Notes: generated by a model not told the origin, from the letters alone. 32,000 nucleotides of DNA from Wigglesworthia glossinidia endosymbiont of Glossina brevipalpis (GCA_000008885.1 BA000021.3:210001-242000), one strand, 5' to 3'; shown: positions 9,521-20,081, numbered from the stretch's first letter. Numbers and translations: made by a program.

Positions 9521-10729
9521 ATGCACCAAGGTTTTACTTATGTAAATCATAATAATGATCCTTGGAAAAAGGATCAAAAAATTAATAAATTTCAAGACAA
9601 AAAAAATAGCAAATATGAATCTTTGCCTCCAGATTTAGATGATGTTTTTAAAAAATTAAGTAAAAAATTTAATGAATTTAAAAATAAAAATATTACGCAT
9701 AAAAAAAATAAATACTCAAAATTATATATAAGCTTTATAATAATTTTATTGATTTCTATATGGATAACTAGTGGATTTTATACTATTAAAGAAGCTGAAA
9801 GAGGTGTAATTTTAAGGTTAGGTAAGTTTAATAATATAGTAAAACCAGGATTAAACTGGAAACCAAATTTTATTGATGTTGTATATCCTGTTAATATAGA
9901 ATCAGTTAGAGAACTTGCTGCATCTGGAATTATGTTAACATCTGACGAAAATGTTGTTAGAGTAGAAATGAATGTACAATATAAAGTTATTAATCCAAAA
10001 AATTATTTGTTTAGTGTAACTAATGCTGATGATAGCTTGCGTCAAGCGACTGATAGTGCTTTAAGAGGAGTAATCGGAAAATATACTATGGATCGTATTT
10101 TAACAGAGGGGAGAACATTAGTTAGAAGTGATACTCAAAAAGTTTTAGAAGAAACTATCCAACCATATAATATGGGTATTGAATTATTAGATGTAAATTT
10201 TCAAACAGCTAGGCCTCCGGAAGAAGTAAAAGCTGCTTTCGACGATGCAATTGCTGCTAGAGAAAATGAACAACAATATATAAGAGAAGCTGAAGCATAT
10301 GCAAACGAAGTTCAACCACAAGCTAATGGTAAAGCTCAAAGAATTCTAGAAGAAGGACGCGCTTATAAGTCTCGCACTATTTTAGAAGCTCAAGGTGAAG
10401 TTCAAAGATTTTCAAAAGTTTTACCAGAATATAAAATAGCTCCAGAAATAACAAGAGAAAGATTATATATTGATACTATGGAAAGAATTTTAAGCAAAAA
10501 CAAAAAAATATTTACATATAATTCAAAGTCTTCTAATCAAAACTTGATTTTATTACAATTAGATCAATTTCTTAAAAATTATTCTAGTAAAGAATTAACA
10601 GAAAATATAGAAAAACAAGTTTCTAATAATGATCAAAGTACTATATCAAAAAACAATCAAGAAAATAATGAAAATTTATATTCTAAAAAAAATATAAGAG
10701 ATACAAAGAGAAAAAATATTAGAAATTAA
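9521..10729 (+). CDS. hflK: FtsH protease modulator HflK (SPFH/band-7 protein)
   Basis: The core is nearly identical to E. coli HflK: SGFYTIKEAERGV, PGLNWKP.FID, VRELAASGIMLTSDENVVRVEMNVQY, DDSLRQATDSALRGVIGKYTMDRILTEGR and ARPPEEVKAAFDDAIAARENEQQYIREAEAY.NEVQP.ANG.AQRILEE. I prefer the ATG at 9521, which has a GGAG at 9511-9514 six nt upstream and aligns better to the E. coli N-terminus. The ORF-track start at 9509 remains an alternative. Confidence 0.94.
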   Translation: MHQGFTYVNHNNDPWKKDQKINKFQDKKNSKYESLPPDLDDVFKKLSKKFNEFKNKNITHKKNKYSKLYISFIIILLISIWITSGFYTIKEAERGVILRLGKFNNIVKPGLNWKPNFIDVVYPVNIESVRELAASGIMLTSDENVVRVEMNVQYKVINPKNYLFSVTNADDSLRQATDSALRGVIGKYTMDRILTEGRTLVRSDTQKVLEETIQPYNMGIELLDVNFQTARPPEEVKAAFDDAIAARENEQQYIREAEAYANEVQPQANGKAQRILEEGRAYKSRTILEAQGEVQRFSKVLPEYKIAPEITRERLYIDTMERILSKNKKIFTYNSKSSNQNLILLQLDQFLKNYSSKELTENIEKQVSNNDQSTISKNNQENNENLYSKKNIRDTKRKNIRN

Positions 10730-10764
10730 TAAATTTTAAATTAATCAGGAATATTATAAATAAT

Positions 10765-11754
10765 ATGAAAAAATATTTTATAACTATTGTTTTATTATTT
10801 GCTTTTTTATTTATGTATTTTGCATTGTTTATAGTACAAGAAGGCCAAAGAGGGTTAGTTTTAAGGTTTGGAAAAGTTTTAAGAGATAAAAATAATACAC
10901 CAACTATATATCAACCTGGCATGCATATAAAAATTCCATTCATAGAAACTGTAAAACATCTTGATGCTAAAATACAAACTATGGAAAATCAAGCAGACAG
11001 ATTTGTTACTATGGAAAAAAAAGATCTTATTATAGATTCTTATATAAAATGGAAAATTATTGATTTCAGTAGATATTATTTAGCTACAGGGGGTGGAGAC
11101 GTATCTCAAGGAGAGGTATTGTTAAAAAGAAAATTTTCTGACAGGTTAAGATCTGAATTAGGTAAATTAGACGTAAAAGGAATTGTAACAGATTCTAGAA
11201 ATAGATTAATGAGTGATGTTAGATCTGCTTTAAATAATGGAACTTCAGGAAACGAAGAAGAAGAAATATTATATAATAAAAAAATTTTTGATAATAAAAT
11301 AATAAATTCAGAATACATTCCTCAAGAAATTGAAATTCATCCAAACAGTATGGCAGCTTTAGGAATTAAAGTTGTAGATGTAAGAATAAAGCAAATTAAT
11401 TTACCCTCAGAAGTATCAGATGCTATTTATCAAAGGATGAGAGCAGAAAGAGAAGCGGTTGCTAGAAGTCATAGATCTCAAGGAAAAGAAGAGGCAGAAA
11501 AATTAAGAGCTGCGGCAGACTATCAAGTTGCTAGAATTTTAGCAGAAGCTAAAAAACAATCATTAATAATAAAAGGTGAGGCAGATGCAGAAACAGCAAA
11601 ACTTTACGCTTTTTCTTTCAATGCTGATCCAGAGTTTTATGTATTTATAAGAAGTTTAAGGGCTTATGAAAATAGTTTTAAGGGAAACCAAGATCTTATT
11701 TTAATAGATTCAAGTAATAATTTTTTACGTTTTATGAATAATTCAAATAAATAA
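10765..11754 (+). CDS. hflC: FtsH protease modulator HflC (SPFH/band-7 protein)
   Basis: 329-aa ORF with an N-terminal transmembrane helix, then VQEGQRGLVLRFGKV, the SPFH domain, GIKVVDVRIKQINLP.EVS.AIY.RM.AEREA.A...R..G.EEAEK.RA.AD and RSL.AY. It follows hflK as in E. coli. Confidence 0.94.
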   Translation: MKKYFITIVLLFAFLFMYFALFIVQEGQRGLVLRFGKVLRDKNNTPTIYQPGMHIKIPFIETVKHLDAKIQTMENQADRFVTMEKKDLIIDSYIKWKIIDFSRYYLATGGGDVSQGEVLLKRKFSDRLRSELGKLDVKGIVTDSRNRLMSDVRSALNNGTSGNEEEEILYNKKIFDNKIINSEYIPQEIEIHPNSMAALGIKVVDVRIKQINLPSEVSDAIYQRMRAEREAVARSHRSQGKEEAEKLRAAADYQVARILAEAKKQSLIIKGEADAETAKLYAFSFNADPEFYVFIRSLRAYENSFKGNQDLILIDSSNNFLRFMNNSNK

Positions 11755-12554
11755 TATAAAATTATATTTTCAAAAAATTTAAATTGATTATATTTATATT
11801 AAATAAAAATTTTTAATATATTTTAAAATGTTCTATGTATTTAATAACTTTTTACTTTTTTAAATAAAAAATTTAAATAATTTAAATTAATTTTAATTTT
11901 TATAAATTAAAGATTTTTTTTCTTAAAAATAAAAAATAAATAAATATTAAAAATATGAATAAAATTTTTTTAAAAACTTTTTTTATAGATCGTTCACGTT
12001 TTTAAAAAATTATTTTATTTAAATAATACATATTAAAAAAATTACATCTTTTGTAATTGATAATTATAAAAATTATTTTAATAAATGCTTAAAAAAATAA
12101 TTTTATTAAATATTTTAGAATGATATTTATATAAAATAAATAAAAGAATTATTTTATTATTAATAACTTTTTTAAAAAAATAAATTAAAAAATAGAAGTT
12201 TTGATAAAAACAAAATTATAATTAATTGATTAAAAATTATATTTAATATATATAAATATATAAAATATTTATATAAATATCTAAAAATTTAGAAAATCTA
12301 GTTCAAATTAATAAAATGTTGTAATTTAATATAAAATAAAAAATATTTTTTATTTTTAAATAAAATTTAAAATCAAATTTTTAATAAAAAAATAATAAAT
12401 ATAAATTAATAAAAATTAATAAATTGCACTTAAAAAAATAATAACACTTAAGTAAATTTGAATTCAAAATAATAATTAAATAATAAATAAAAAATTTATT
12501 TTATTAAAATAAAAAAAATTAATTTATTTTTTTTTGTAAAAGTAAATATAAATT
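11755..12554. other. 800-bp non-coding, almost pure A/T spacer between the convergent genes hflC and the MFS transporter
   Basis: The track shows no ORF of 60 aa or more in any frame. G/C is extremely sparse (1 in 60 nt at 12361-12420, 4 in 60 at 12301-12360). It is the largest spacer in the window and needs no promoter, because both flanking genes end here. Confidence 0.85.
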
Positions 12555-13901
12555 TTACAATTTAATTTCTTTAGAAAATAAATAAATAATGCAACCAAAT
12601 AGAAAAAAAAATGATAATAAAATAAAATATTTTGGTAAATCAAAATAGCTAAAATAATTTATTTTATAAATATTACTAAAGTATATTGGTCCAATTATTT
12701 TTGCAGTAGCTCCAATTCCATGGGATATACCTAAACATATAGATTTTGCTTCTTTTATAAAAATTTCGCTTCCAAATGTATTTATTACACCAAAAGCTCC
12801 ATCTCCAAATATCATAATAATGAATAATCCTATAATAAAAATTTTAATATTAGGAAAATCATATTCTGAATTCATTTCATGAAAAACAGAAAAAAATAAA
12901 AATATATATCCTATTGAACCAAAAAATCCAAATATAAAAATTACATATTTTCTTTTTATATAATCTGAAATAAATGAAGATAACAATCTTCCTGATAAAT
13001 TTCCCAAGGATAAATATAAAAATATTTTAGATATTTCATTAATTTTTATAAAAAATATGTTTTTCAACAAAATTTGACCACAGGATTGTATAAAAAAACT
13101 ACTCAAAGTAAAACAAAAAAAACCTAAACTTATTATAATTAAATTAAATTTATTTTTCTTAATTATTTTTTTTATTGATACTTTTTTATGTTTTAATTTT
13201 ATAAAATTCTTCAATACCTTTTCTCTTGACAACATAAATGCCCAAGAATATGATTTTATTGCATTTTCTATTCTATTTTTTTTGATCAAAAAATATGGAG
13301 ATTCAGGTAAATTATATATCCATATTAACAATACTATGGGAAAAGAACCTAGAATTATAACTCCTTTCCAACCAATTTTATCTATAAAATAACTAGTTGC
13401 AAAAGATCCTAAAAATAAACCTATCGGAACAAATAGAGAAGATATTCCTGATATTACTCCTCTTCTTTTGTAAGGAATGAATTCGTGTAAATAAGGTAAT
13501 ATTGTAACATTTATACCTCCTGACCCTAAACCTATCATTAATCTTATAAAAGAAAATAACATCCAATCGTTTTCATTGATAAATATAAATAAAGAATTAA
13601 AAAAGGATATTATAAATATAGATATTATTATTGTAGATTTTCTACCATATAATTCTGATATATAACCAAATATTAAATACCCTAGTATAATCCCAAAACC
13701 TGAAGAAGAAAGTATAATGCCTGTATTATCTGACATGTCCTTGTACATTTCTTTTTCTGATATAAAAGAAACTACAAAACTTATTATAAATAAGTCAAAA
13801 AATTCTGCCAATGTAATAAAAATTGTTATTAAAACTATTTTTAGTTGATTTTTATTTAGATCAAAATAGCATATTTTTTTTGTAAAACCTTTGGTTTTCA
13901 T
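12555..13901 (-). CDS. Major facilitator superfamily transporter (sugar-porter / metabolite:H+ symporter-like), substrate unknown
   Basis: 448-aa ORF, highly hydrophobic, with about 12 predicted transmembrane segments. It carries the MFS loop 2-3 motif ELYGRKSTII and the post-TM6 motif LPESPYFLIKKNR (PESPR-type signature). I do not recognise a specific orthologue. Confidence 0.8.
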   Translation of the reverse strand: MKTKGFTKKICYFDLNKNQLKIVLITIFITLAEFFDLFIISFVVSFISEKEMYKDMSDNTGIILSSSGFGIILGYLIFGYISELYGRKSTIIISIFIISFFNSLFIFINENDWMLFSFIRLMIGLGSGGINVTILPYLHEFIPYKRRGVISGISSLFVPIGLFLGSFATSYFIDKIGWKGVIILGSFPIVLLIWIYNLPESPYFLIKKNRIENAIKSYSWAFMLSREKVLKNFIKLKHKKVSIKKIIKKNKFNLIIISLGFFCFTLSSFFIQSCGQILLKNIFFIKINEISKIFLYLSLGNLSGRLLSSFISDYIKRKYVIFIFGFFGSIGYIFLFFSVFHEMNSEYDFPNIKIFIIGLFIIMIFGDGAFGVINTFGSEIFIKEAKSICLGISHGIGATAKIIGPIYFSNIYKINYFSYFDLPKYFILLSFFFLFGCIIYLFSKEIKL

Positions 13902-14027
13902 TTATTTTTAATTTTAATTTAATTTAAAATATTTTTATATATTTTGTTTAAAAATTAATTTTATTTTTTTTGCTTAATTATTTAAAAATTATTATAAATA
14001 ATTTATGAGGGAAAATTTTTATTTATT

Positions 14028-14705
14028 TTATTTTTTGGAAAAAAACAACTTTACAAAAAAAGAAAACAAAGAACATGATAAATAATACAAAAAACCAACA
14101 AAAACAAAAATTTCCAAAGAATAAATTTGAAATAAATTGTTTAATTGACTACCAATAGTTGTAAGTTCTGGAACATTTAATATAAATGCTAAAGATGTAT
14201 CTTTTACTAAAGAAATAATTAATACACTCCAGGATGGAATCGCATTTTTTATTGATTGAGGTAAAAGAATTATCCAAAATACTTGAAAATAATTTAATCC
14301 TTCTGATAATCCAGCTTCTGTTTGCCCTTTTGGCAAAGATTTAATGCTAGATAATGTAGAGTGCATTATAGCTAAAGAATTAAACCATACTAAAGCTATT
14401 ATAATTGTTAATTCTTGTGATATATAACTTGAAAAAATCAACGGAAATGTAAAATAAATCCAAAAAATAATAAATATTAAAGGAATTCCTCTAATAATTT
14501 CTGACAAAAAAAATAATATTTTATAAAAAAAATTAGGAAAACACCATGAAATCATTGTAAAAATCACACCAAGTAATAAAGAAATTATTCCTGAAAAAAA
14601 AGCAATAAATAAAGTAAGAAGCAAACCTTCTAAATTTCCATTTGAAATATTTCCAAATATAAAATACGATAAATTTTCTGATATAACTGACCATTCAAAA
14701 TTCAT
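14028..14705 (-). CDS. Polar amino-acid ABC transporter permease (GltK-like)
   Basis: 225-aa hydrophobic ORF with N-terminus MNFEWSVIS (E. coli GltK MYEFDWSSI), IRGIPLIF..FWIYF, the EAA-loop region SIKSLPKGQTEAGLSEGLN, ILLPQ and LVKDTSLAFIL. It belongs to the His/Glu/Gln/Arg permease family. Confidence 0.85.
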   Translation of the reverse strand: MNFEWSVISENLSYFIFGNISNGNLEGLLLTLFIAFFSGIISLLLGVIFTMISWCFPNFFYKILFFLSEIIRGIPLIFIIFWIYFTFPLIFSSYISQELTIIIALVWFNSLAIMHSTLSSIKSLPKGQTEAGLSEGLNYFQVFWIILLPQSIKNAIPSWSVLIISLVKDTSLAFILNVPELTTIGSQLNNLFQIYSLEIFVFVGFLYYLSCSLFSFFVKLFFSKK

Positions 14706-14744
14706 ATAAATTATTTATCTTAAATAAAAGATGTTATTTAATTT

Positions 14745-15467
14745 TTATTTTATTAAAAAACAAGATAATATTTTGCTAATTAAATAACCCAATATTAAAT
14801 ACAAAAATGTTCCTACTGCAAATGCTTCAATTGCATGGGCATTATAACTTTCTATTTGATTTATACTATAAGTCAACTCTCCAAATCCTATAGCAGAAGT
14901 TAAAGAAGATAATTTAAGCAAATTTAAGTATTGCCCTATCATTGGTTGCCAAGCATTTTTTATACCTTGAGGAATAAGTATTTTTTTATATATATACCAT
15001 TTTTTAAATCCTTGTGATTTTGCTGCATCTTTTTGTCCTTTAGATATAGCGTTTAGCCCTGTTTGTAACTCTTCTACTAAATAAACAGAAGAAAAAATAG
15101 ATAAAGACCAAATAGAACATATAAGCTCTGAAGTAAATAAATAAATAATATTTGAAAAAATAGTAAAGCTTGGGCTAGAAGAAATTATACTTATTATAGA
15201 GTTAGAAACTTTATTCCAAACAGAAAAGTACCAAAAAAACAATTGTACTAAAATTGGAGTATTTCTAATAATTGATTCTAATGATATAATGAAAAATTTA
15301 AAAAATTTATTTAATGATTGTTTTAAAAAAAATAAAAAAGCTGTAAAAATTGTAGAAAAAAATATACTAATAATTGTTACAAATAAAGTATTAAATAACC
15401 CGATAATTATCCATGCAAATGATTCTTTTTGAATTATTCCATACCAATCAAGCTCAAATAAATTCAT
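14745..15467 (-). CDS. Polar amino-acid ABC transporter permease (GltJ-like)
   Basis: 240-aa hydrophobic ORF with IRNTPILVQLFFWYF (E. coli GltJ FRNVPLIVQFFTWY), the EAA loop LNAISKGQKDAAKSQGF, ILIPQG and LKLSSLTSAIG. Confidence 0.85.
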   Translation of the reverse strand: MNLFELDWYGIIQKESFAWIIIGLFNTLFVTIISIFFSTIFTAFLFFLKQSLNKFFKFFIISLESIIRNTPILVQLFFWYFSVWNKVSNSIISIISSSPSFTIFSNIIYLFTSELICSIWSLSIFSSVYLVEELQTGLNAISKGQKDAAKSQGFKKWYIYKKILIPQGIKNAWQPMIGQYLNLLKLSSLTSAIGFGELTYSINQIESYNAHAIEAFAVGTFLYLILGYLISKILSCFLIK

Positions 15468-15483
15468 AACTAATTATTCTCAA

Positions 15484-16257
15484 TTATTTTATTGGAAATA
15501 AAATTTTATCTAAAAATTTTTTTGTTCTTGGATGCTTTGGAGAAGAAAAAAATGATTCTGGATCTGATTTTTCAATAATTTCTCCAGAAGATATAAAAAC
15601 AATAGTATCTGCTATTTTTTTTGCAAATTGAATTTCGTGAGTTACAATAACCATTGTAATACCGTGGTTTACTAATTTTTTTATAACAACCATAACTTCA
15701 CTTATCATTTCTGGATCTAATGCTGAAGTTGGTTCATCAAGTATCATAATTTTCACGTCTGTAGCCAAAGCTCTAGCTATTGCTACTCTTTGTTGTTGGC
15801 CGCCAGATAATTCGTGTGGATAACATTTATTTTTATTTATTAATCCAACTTCTTTTAATTTAGAAATAGAATAATCATATGCATGATTTTTTTCCCATTT
15901 TTGTATCTTTATCAAAGATAAAGCCACATTTTCCAAAACATTTAAATTAGCATATAAATTAAATTGTTGAAAAACAAAACCAATTTTTGTTCTTAATATT
16001 CTCAACTTATGCCCTTTTAAATTAGATATAGGATTTCCATATACAAAAATCTCTCCACTATCAAACATTTCTAATTTATTAATCAATCTTATAAGAGTGG
16101 ATTTTCCAGATCCAGATGGTCCGCAAATTACAATAATTTCTCCAGATTTAATTTTTAAATTAATGTTTTTTAATATTAATTGATTTTTAAATTTTTTATT
16201 AACATTAATAAATTCAATAATTATTTCTGAATTTTTTTTATATATTTTTGAATTCAT
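15484..16257 (-). CDS. Polar amino-acid ABC transporter ATP-binding protein (GltL/GlnQ-like)
   Basis: 257-aa ORF with Walker A GPSGSGKST, the Q-loop FQQFNLY, the ABC signature LSGGQQQRVAIARAL, Walker B ILDEPTSALDPE and the H-loop VTHE. The C-terminal PKHPRTKKFLDKIL resembles GltL PKSPRAKDFLAKIL. Confidence 0.92.
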   Translation of the reverse strand: MNSKIYKKNSEIIIEFINVNKKFKNQLILKNINLKIKSGEIIVICGPSGSGKSTLIRLINKLEMFDSGEIFVYGNPISNLKGHKLRILRTKIGFVFQQFNLYANLNVLENVALSLIKIQKWEKNHAYDYSISKLKEVGLINKNKCYPHELSGGQQQRVAIARALATDVKIMILDEPTSALDPEMISEVMVVIKKLVNHGITMVIVTHEIQFAKKIADTIVFISSGEIIEKSDPESFFSSPKHPRTKKFLDKILFPIK

Positions 16258-16289
16258 TTTAAATGATAACTTTTAATTAGATATATTAT

Positions 16290-17072
16290 TTATTTTTTAT
16301 TTCCGAACCATTTATTATAAATTATTAATTTTTTTCCAGATTCTTCTAGAATTTTTAATGCTTTATTAACTTCTGATAATAAATCATCCTCTCCTTTTTT
16401 TACACCTATACCAATAACTTCCTTGCTAATAGTTTCTTGCAAAATTTTATATTTATCTTTATCTGGAGCTGCTAATAAAAGACCTGAAAGTATTGTACTA
16501 TCCTGAGTAATTGCTTTTACATTTCCATTTCTTAATGCAGAAAATGCCATTGGAATGTCTTCATAAGAAATAATTTGAGCTTTTGGCAAAATATCATGTA
16601 AAGTTTTTTGACCTGTAGTCCCTTTTACTGCTCCAATTTTATCAAACGAATAATCTTTTAATTCGTTGGAAGAATATTTGTTAACTAAAAGTTTTTGATG
16701 AGTAACAAAATAAGGTACAGAAAAATTAATTACTTTTTCCCTTTCTTTAGTAATAGTAATATCTGCAATAATTAAATCTACTTTGCCAGATTGTAATAAT
16801 GGTATTCTATTAGATGGATTAGTTGGTATTAATTTTAATTTAACTCCAAGTATATTAGCTATTTCTTTGGAAAAATCAGCGTCATATCCTATTATACTAT
16901 GATTTTTTAAATCTATTTTTCCAAATGGAGGATTAGAATCAAATATAGCTACTCTTAATAATCCAGATTTTTTTATATCCTCTAGCTTTGAAGCAAATGA
17001 TAAATTAAATATAAAAAAACTAATTAGTATAATTGATTTTAACAATGAATTAAAAAAATTTTTGTTTAACAT
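16290..17072 (-). CDS. Periplasmic polar amino-acid-binding protein (family 3 SBP, GltI-like)
   Basis: The SBP_bac_3 pattern is present: LRVAIFDSNPPFG, GYDADFSKEIA, KLIPTNPSNRIPLLQSGKVDLIIADITIT.ER and FS.PYF. I place the start at the ATG at 17072, which has an AGGAA Shine-Dalgarno sequence 4 nt upstream and gives a classic signal peptide MLNKNFFNSLLKSIILISFFIFNLSFA. The ORF-track start at 17162 adds 30 residues that look non-homologous. Confidence 0.85.
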   Translation of the reverse strand: MLNKNFFNSLLKSIILISFFIFNLSFASKLEDIKKSGLLRVAIFDSNPPFGKIDLKNHSIIGYDADFSKEIANILGVKLKLIPTNPSNRIPLLQSGKVDLIIADITITKEREKVINFSVPYFVTHQKLLVNKYSSNELKDYSFDKIGAVKGTTGQKTLHDILPKAQIISYEDIPMAFSALRNGNVKAITQDSTILSGLLLAAPDKDKYKILQETISKEVIGIGVKKGEDDLLSEVNKALKILEESGKKLIIYNKWFGNKK

Positions 17073-17353
17073 TTTATTCCTTTTTTTAAATAAATATTTA
17101 ATAATTTTATTTTTTAAAATAAATATTTGAAATTTATATTTAAAATAATTTATATTTTCCACTTATCCATTGATAAAGATCTATTATTTTACATTTTTTG
17201 CTACAAAATGGAAAAAATAAATTTTTCTCTCTTAAAAAAATTTTTTTTTTGCATATTGAGCATTTTATTTTATTACCAAAATTCAATTTTGCTCCTAAAT
17301 AAATTTTTTTGAATTAAAAAAATAAAATTTTATTAAAATTAAATTTATTTATA

Positions 17354-17980
17354 TCACATGTCATATTTAAAATATTTTTTTGATTTAAATAAGTAATATT
17401 TATGTAATTCAAAAACTTTTCTCCTAATGCATGAATAATCATAATTATTAATAATATCATGAGCAAATGTCAACCTCTTCTCTCTTGATATCTGAAAATT
17501 AATAATATTAAGTATTTGATTTTTGCTTACATTATCTCTTAATATTGATCTTTTAATTTGAATTTCTGGATCCACATCAATTACTAAAATCCTATTTACG
17601 TATTTGTATAAATTTTCTTCTATTAGTAAAGAAGTTACCCATATTATATATGGAAAATTTACATTACTAATAATTTTTTTTATTTTTTTTTTAACAACAG
17701 GATGCAAAATTTTATTTATAAATAGCACAGAACTTTTAGATTCAAAAATACATTCTCTTAAAACTAATTTGCTATATTTATTATTATTCAAAGAAAAATT
17801 TATTCCTAGTTTATTTTTTATAGAATTAAGAATACTCTTTTCTGAAAACATTATTTTTTTAGAAATTATATCAGATTCTATTATTGGAACTTTTAGTTCA
17901 GAAAAAATTTTAGCTATTGTGCTTTTCCCACTGCCAATACCTCCAGTCATTGCCACAATATATGGAGAATTTATTAACAT
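17354..17980 (-). CDS. coaE: Dephospho-CoA kinase
   Basis: 208-aa [18 protein letters not shown] matches E. coli Coa[17 protein letters not shown], followed by [22 protein letters not shown]. Length matches the E. coli protein. Confidence 0.92.
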
Positions 17981-18281
17981 TTTTATAAATTTAAAATTTA
18001 TTTTATATTATTTAGATAATATATTATTTTTTATAAATAAAATATTATTTTTTTTTAAATTATTTTAAAATGTTATAAAAATTAAATTTTTAAAAAAATT
18101 TTTTTAAATTAAAAATAGTATTTTATTTTTCTATATGATATTTTTAAAATTTTAATTACTTATATTTAAATAAATTTTTAATTAATTTACAATAAATATT
18201 GTTGTTTTATTTAAAAGATTTAAAAAAATAGTAAAAATAAATATTTTTTAAATATTAAAATTAAAACATATTATAAATAAA

Positions 18282-20081
18282 ATGGAAAATATAAGAAATT
18301 TTTCTATAATAGCTCACATAAATCATGGAAAATCAACTCTATCTGATAGACTTATTCAAATTTGTGGAAATATTTCTAATAGAGAGATGAGTAATCAAAT
18401 ACTAGATACAATGGATTTAGAAAGAGAAAGAGGAATAACTATAAAGGCACAAAGTGTAAGGCTAAATTATAAAGCAAAAAATAAAAAAAATTATCAATTA
18501 AATTTAATAGATACACCTGGACATGCAGATTTTTCATACGAAGTTTCTAGATCTTTATCAGCATGTGAAGGCGCTTTATTAATAATAGACTCATCTCAAG
18601 GAATAGAGGCTCAAACTATAGCAAATTTTTATTGTGCAATTGAGATGAAAATAAAAATAATACCTGTTTTAAATAAAATAGATTTACCAAATTCTGATCC
18701 TGATAAAATTTCAAAAGAAATTGAATCTATGATGGGAATTAAATCAAAAGAAATAATAAAATGTTCTGCAAAAACAGGATACGGAGTTTATGAAATACTT
18801 GAAAATATAGTATGTAATTTAACACCTCCTATTGGTAATATAAATAAACCATTACAAGCATTAATAATTGATTCTTGGTTTGATAATTATTTAGGAATAA
18901 TAGTTTTAATAAGAATAAAAAATGGTAATTTAAAGAACGGAGAAAAAATAATAGTTATGAGCACTAAAAAAGTTTATAGTATTGCTCAAATGGGATTTTT
19001 TTCTCCAAATAAAACTAAAACAGATATTCTTAAATGTGGAGAAGTAGGATGGATAGCATGTTCTATTAAAGAAATAAAAGGAGCTCCTGTAGGAGATACA
19101 ATAACCCTTGCATCATATCCATCAGAAAAAATGTTGCCAGGATTTAAAAAAATTTTCCCAAAAGTTTTTGCGAGTATTTTCCCTACGATTTCAGAAAAAT
19201 ATCAATCTTTAAAAAATGGATTAATCAAATTAAGCTTAAATGATTCATCTTTATTCTATGAATATGAAAATTCTGATTCACTAGGAATGGGTTTTAGATG
19301 TGGATTTCTTGGATTATTGCATATGGATATTGTTAAGGAAAGATTAGAAAGAGAATATCAAATTGAATTGATAATAACTGAACCAACAGTGATTTATGAA
19401 ATATTAAAAAAAGATAATACTAAAATACATGTTAAATCTCCATCTAAAATACCTAATAAAAAATACATAAATGAACTAAGAGAGCCAATTGTAAACTGTA
19501 AAATATTATCTCCTAAAAAATATTTAGGTAAAATAATATCTTTATGTGTTGAAAAAAGAGGTATTCAAAATAACTTAATATATCTTGAAAATAAAGTTAT
19601 AATAATTTATATAATTCCAATGTCTGAAATAATATTAGATTTTTTTGATAAATTACAATCCATATCTAATGGATATGCATCTTTAGATTATAAATTTAAA
19701 TGTTTTAATAAAACTGATTCTGTTGTAATACAAACATATATTAATAAAAAATTAATAGATTCTTTAACAAAAGTAATTAATAAAAATTATATAAATTTAT
19801 ATAGCAAAAAAACAATAGAAAATTTAAAAAAAATTATACCAAGGCAGCAATTTGATATTGTTATTCATATAAAAATAAATAATAAAATTATATCTAAAGG
19901 AATAGTAAAGCAAGTAAGAAAAAATGTTTTAGAAAAATGTTATGGCGGAGATGTAAGTAGAAAAAAAAAATTACTTAAGAAACAAAAAATTGGAAAAAAA
20001 AGAATGAAAAAAATAGGAAACTTTTTTTTACCTCAAGATTCATTATTTTCTATTTTGAATATTAAAAAAAATAAAAAATAA
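18282..20081 (+). CDS. lepA: Translation elongation factor 4 (LepA)
   Basis: 599-aa ORF with GTPase motifs [37 protein letters not shown] and NKIDLP. The LepA-specific C-terminal region is present: LDYKF, IPRQQFD, and [27 protein letters not shown]. Length equals E. coli LepA. Confidence 0.97.

Noticed and set aside
11955-12005. A 16-codon mini-ORF (MNKIFLKTFFIDRSRF) covering the only slightly G/C-containing patch (gatcgttcacg) in the 800-bp spacer.
   Set aside because: It has no ribosome-binding site, it is too short to evaluate, and it is indistinguishable from chance. It is mentioned only as a possible last trace of a decayed gene.
15399-15406. cccgataa, resembling the sigma-28 -10 element GCCGATAA. 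A second partial match, gcgataa, lies on the minus strand at 376-382.
   Set aside because: Neither has a TAAA -35 element at the required 15-nt spacing. Both lie inside coding regions and point away from any gene start.
17127-17312. A 61-aa ORF on the plus strand in the spacer between coaE and the ABC binding-protein gene.
   Set aside because: It has no Shine-Dalgarno sequence and a low-complexity hydrophobic, AT-codon composition. It overlaps the unlikely N-terminal extension of the binding-protein ORF, and nothing distinguishes it from a chance ORF.
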